Source of the DNA: Sphyrna mokarran
Lineage: Eukaryota
Direction: 5' to 3'
DNA length: 64,000 bases
NCBI GenBank assembly: GCA_024679065.1
Contig: JAGIQG010000004.1
Coordinates: forward strand, 62,372,001 to 62,436,000
Under the pieces are notes generated by a model. It searched no databases, was not told the origin of the DNA, and saw only the letters and a list, made by a program, of their open reading frames with translations. Both the position numbers and the translations under genes were made by a program. Positions 59,880 through 64,000 of this stretch are shown here, piece by piece. The first letter of the stretch is position 1; every line of letters starts with the position of its first letter.

Positions 59880-62800
59880 ATACGCAAACATTCACGTGAT
59901 ATCAAAAGGTTCCATACTTTATTGAAAAATAGTGAGGTATGTGAGATGTCAACTATCACAGAGAGCTCTCACCTCTGACACAAGTGTATAACTAATACAT
60001 TGATTTTGCCAATTCTCTCCTCAGCTGCGTCATATTACAACACCACTAACGCCCAGTTAACTTCAAATCTCTCGATTGCCAGCGCTTGTCAGTGATTCTC
60101 GCTGATTTTCAGAACAGAGTCATCGCCTTGGCACAGAATGTCTGTATTCCATCTGCTGGGCATTATTTAGACAAGTGTATTTTTTTTTAGCGTGGTTTGA
60201 TTAAATAGGGAAGGCAATATAATGTAAATAACATTTCTCTCCAATGTTTATCGCAGTTGACATTTCATTTCATTTTACTTGAAACATGTTCATCACTACT
60301 TTTGCCTACCTTTGATTGTGTTGATTTTTGAGAGCTACTTTCGGGGCCGTCCTCTGAATAGTTCAGATGCCCAAGATGTGTTCCAGATGAAAGGCACAAA
60401 TGTTATATGAAATGCTCTTTCCAGCTTTCTAGATCCAGTGCATTCATTTGTGTTGCTGGGCGGCCAAAAGTTGATGTTGAATCTGGCTGCAGAGAAAAAG
60501 CAAAATGCACCTGACTTACAATCAATGATTTTCCGAATTATACCTGCTCAATTTGAGTCTCTAGGTCTCTAGAGTCTATTATTGCAGCGTTAAAAAATAA
60601 TTAAACTGCAATGGCATTGGAATAAGCTTCTGGTTATTGGAGAGTGATATTGAGGGAGAAACGGACCAGCGTAAAATTCTGCACGTGAATACCAGGGAAT
60701 ATGCAACTGACCAACTTGGCAGAATTTTCATTCAGACCTGATTTGCGTTATTTTCCAATATTTGCAGTAAACGTTGTATGTTCACAGCACATTTACCGGT
60801 CTGTGAAAATTAGACTATCAGTAAACAGACATTCATTGTGAAGCATGGAATTCCAATAGCGCCGAAAGAGCCCCTACTCGTGATTTTCAAGATATGTCAT
60901 TCCTCTTAGTCAATTTTAAGAATAAAAGTCACATTCGCACAAACGCCATTTTAAAAATTCCTATTCTGCATTTTTCTTTGGTTGCCGGACTATTTTCTTT
61001 AATGGCTGTGATTGACACTTTGAAGGTGCTCCCTCATCATCCAAAATTCCACGTGCTTGATCCCCGTAGCAAGGAACAAACGGTGATATGTCATCATGTC
61101 AGAATGATGTCTCATTTGATGACAAGTTGGAGATGATGCTCACCTTATGTGGCCCTTAACATATTAACCCATGAATAACGCATATTAACGCAACCCATGA
61201 ATTTGTCAGATGATGCAGCAACCTCTTTGGCTAGTGATCTTATACATTTTTTAAAGAGCAAGCATTACAAACATGATGCACAGATCATGAGGGTGATCGC
61301 TGTTTCATTTAATAGATTGCTTTACGCCAGGTGCAGTCTTTGGGATTATAGCGGTATTTTGCAACTATTCTCATCTCAACAAATAAACAGTACCCCAGCA
61401 GAATCCAGTCTTGGAAGATGCGGGGATACGTTATCGAAGCAATAGTTGCATCATTCAATGGAGAATATCTAGCCTCGAGACTGCTCCAGTCACCTCGGCA
61501 GTAATAGAGCATAATACCAAGATATTCGCTTTAACGTATTGGTACACATGCATAAAATAAAGACGGTGAAATATAGTCGCTAAACATATTCCTGTTGGAA
61601 TCAGTTCGTTCAGTTCTTTAACAAAAACGTGAAGAGTCGTGAGTTGCACTGTTGCCCGTTCAATCGAATCTGGCTTACAACAATGAGATTGCCATTAAAC
61701 GTCAAATATATATATATAAGAATTGAATATGGAGGATAGTGTAATTTGGCAGCAGTAGATTGAAATGGATGGTGGGACAAAGTGGAAGTAATATGCAATC
61801 TATTATTTCCTGCATTTTCCTGCATAGTTAATATAATGAAAAACGAGCACACCTACTGACAACTTATTTATTGATATTTATAGAAGTTAGCTTATCAAGA
61901 ATCATCAATTTACTGCTGTTGCCCACTGCATTTGTAGGATTGAATTTAATTTCAAGTGCCAACAAATTGTTATTAGTCATTGTATTACGGTTGAGATGCA
62001 ACATGCAATGAATACTTTCTTAACACTAACAGGATGTTAGAATTGGATTTAATATAAAGGTAATGAGTTTTGTTTACAGAGATCTAGATTAGGTCCATTT
62101 TTAGATCGAATTATGAATACTGCAGATTTTCGATCTTAACAGCTGGATGGGGAATATTTCCACAAAACAGATCTCAGACTGAGACTGTGGTATCCGGATG
62201 CAGAATATCTCCTGTGTCAAATCCACTAGGATCGCATTGACGAAACTAAACTTTTCCCTATAGACATGTTTCAAGTAGGAGATGGCCGAATAGAGGAAAA
62301 TTCATTGAGGAAATTTCATAAATAAATATTACTGTCATAACAGTTTGTAAACATCTTCAGGTCACCTGCTGATGACATTCTCACGGATACAAAAATCTGT
62401 ATCTGAGTGCAGCGGAAGCAGGGTTCATGCTAGATCAGGTACGGGACCACTATCACGTGTTTGGGAGAATTCTTGTTTCAATCTAAGGCCTCGTCGATCA
62501 GATGGAAATTGGACTGGTGTCGAAAACATTTAATCAAATATTCAAAGTAAGTGAAGAGGAAAGAAGCAACCACAAAGTGTTTGCAGCCTGCGGAAAGGAA
62601 GCACTTTGAATGACCGAGGTTGGCGACTGTTAAGTCGCAGTAGTTACTCCTCTGGACAAGTTTCAGTGAATCGTTTAAAGCTCTGTCCTTTGCCGTTGCC
62701 TGGAAGCGGAACTGTTTAATGTAGGAACTGGAAAGGAGACGGGATTATTTTAAAACGAGAATTGTTCTCTTGGCGAGAGTAGCGGAACTAATAGTCTTCA

Positions 62801-64000
62801 TATCTAAGAAGCTCTCGGTGTAGAGTACAGAGATTGACCTTTTTACCTTGCCAGACAGCAACTCAGCCTGGCGATATAATGAGTAGAAGTATTTAACTTA
62901 TGCCATTTAACAATCATTAGACAGACTACAGTTCGAAATGCGCCTATATTTCAGGGGCCGTAATAATGAAAATGAGGAGTTGCAACTTCTACTTAGTGAC
63001 ATTAGGCTCGTAACTTGGAGATCAAAGCTAATTAAAGGGCTGCACTTTAATACTCACTATCACATCTGCTTCCACTACCTCCCCTGGCAATGAGTTCCAG
63101 GCACCTATCACTCCATATGAAAAAAAAACTTGCATCATACCTCTCCTTTAAACCTTGCCCCTTACACCTTAAACCTACAACCACATCCCCCGCCCCCAGC
63201 CGCCCCGCCCGTTCCCCTACCGCCTCCCCACCCCACCCCGCCCAGAAGTTGCGTCTTGCATCCTAGGACAAACCCTCTGACTGTGCCCCTGCCCCTCATG
63301 ATTTTGTTGACCTGTATCAAGTCACCCTTCAATCTCCGACGTTCCAGTGCGTACAAACCAAGCTTCTCCAACCTCTCCTCACAGCTGATGCTCTCCATAT
63401 CAGGCAACATCCTGGTAAATCTTTTCTGTACCCTCTCCAAAGCCTCCGCGTACGTCTGATAGTGTGGCGATCAGAATTGAACACTATATACCAAGTGCAA
63501 CAGAACTAAGGTTTTATAAAGCTGCAATATAAATTACCAGTTTTTAAACTCAATGCCCCCGGTCGATGGAGGCAAACATGTCGTATGCCTTCTTGACTAC
63601 CTTGTCCATCTGCGTTGCCAGTTTCAGTGACCAGGAGATAAGTCTCAGGAATTGAATCAATTCTTGAGGAATCATGGACAGGGATGTGTATCGAAATGCA
63701 ATATTGGTACAACAGGTTCTTTGTTGTTTTCTTGGTTTGTCTGATCTCGTATTCTATATATCTAATCCGTGCCATTATAGATAGATAACTGTGCCGAAAC
63801 ACTTCCATGGAGAACTGAGACATCGCACTACCTGGTTCAGCATAATTGGAATTTAATTTTATTTCAGTGCACAGAGAGTGAGTCTTCCCTAGCCATATTG
63901 GCTGAAGATAGCAAAACAAATTATCATGGTGATAAGATATCCGTGCTTCAGCTGCTACATGTTCTCGTCTCTGGAAGTCATTGTTTCCTCTGTTCTAATC
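59880..64000 (+). pseudogene. Inverted pseudogenised paralog of the V-C1 receptor (promoter, leader, V exon, V-C1 intron; continues beyond the window)
   Basis: Leader 60138-60174 has an 18-nt deletion and an in-frame TAG (60168-60170). V exon 60335-60639 has stops and frameshifts but keeps TATTATTGC (YYC), and its donor GT is mutated to GA. Intronic similarity to the reverse complement of 29115-32460 persists to the last base. Confidence 0.88.
63050..63632 (-). mobile_element. CR1 fragment in the pseudogene intron
   Basis: ERVQKRFTRMLP...LERRRLKGDL; absent from the homologous intron of the intact gene. Confidence 0.9.

Noticed and set aside
63175-63245. Proline-rich ORF 63130-63459
   Set aside because: C-rich low-complexity tract on the antisense strand of a CR1 fragment.
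1-64000. CRISPR array, retron or other prokaryotic RT system
   Set aside because: All RTs are CR1, Rex1 or Penelope types, the DNA has spliceosomal introns, and the short tandem repeats are LINE tails without spacers.

Overview
Eukaryotic genomic DNA, very probably from a cartilaginous fish, as indicated by HE1/V-SINE copies, several CR1-clade LINE families with (GTTCTAT)n-type tails, and Penelope and Rex1 relics. Most of the window is decayed or nested retroelements, which explain almost all the long ORFs in the track. Among them I assembled by hand an intact 7-exon immunoglobulin-superfamily gene on the minus strand (CDS 32967->19976, 1086 nt, 361 aa, all introns GT-AG and phase-consistent). 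It encodes a signal peptide, one compact V domain with a germline-encoded J-like GxGT strand, one C1-set domain, a TM segment and a cytoplasmic tail. The tail has a SIRP-alpha-like 2x2 tyrosine-motif layout: the distal pair is intact (LAYTSL, VEYAEI) and the proximal pair is degenerate. This looks like a non-rearranging, antigen-receptor-shaped inhibitory receptor. A pseudogenised, inverted (head-to-head) paralog starts at about 59.9 kb on the plus strand and runs off the window end. Also present are a full-length CR1 with an esterase ORF1, a CR1 family carrying a SINE inside its 3'UTR, Penelope termini with decayed hammerhead ribozyme cores and a solo LTR. Repeat-family labels A-F are my own working names and repeat boundaries are approximate.
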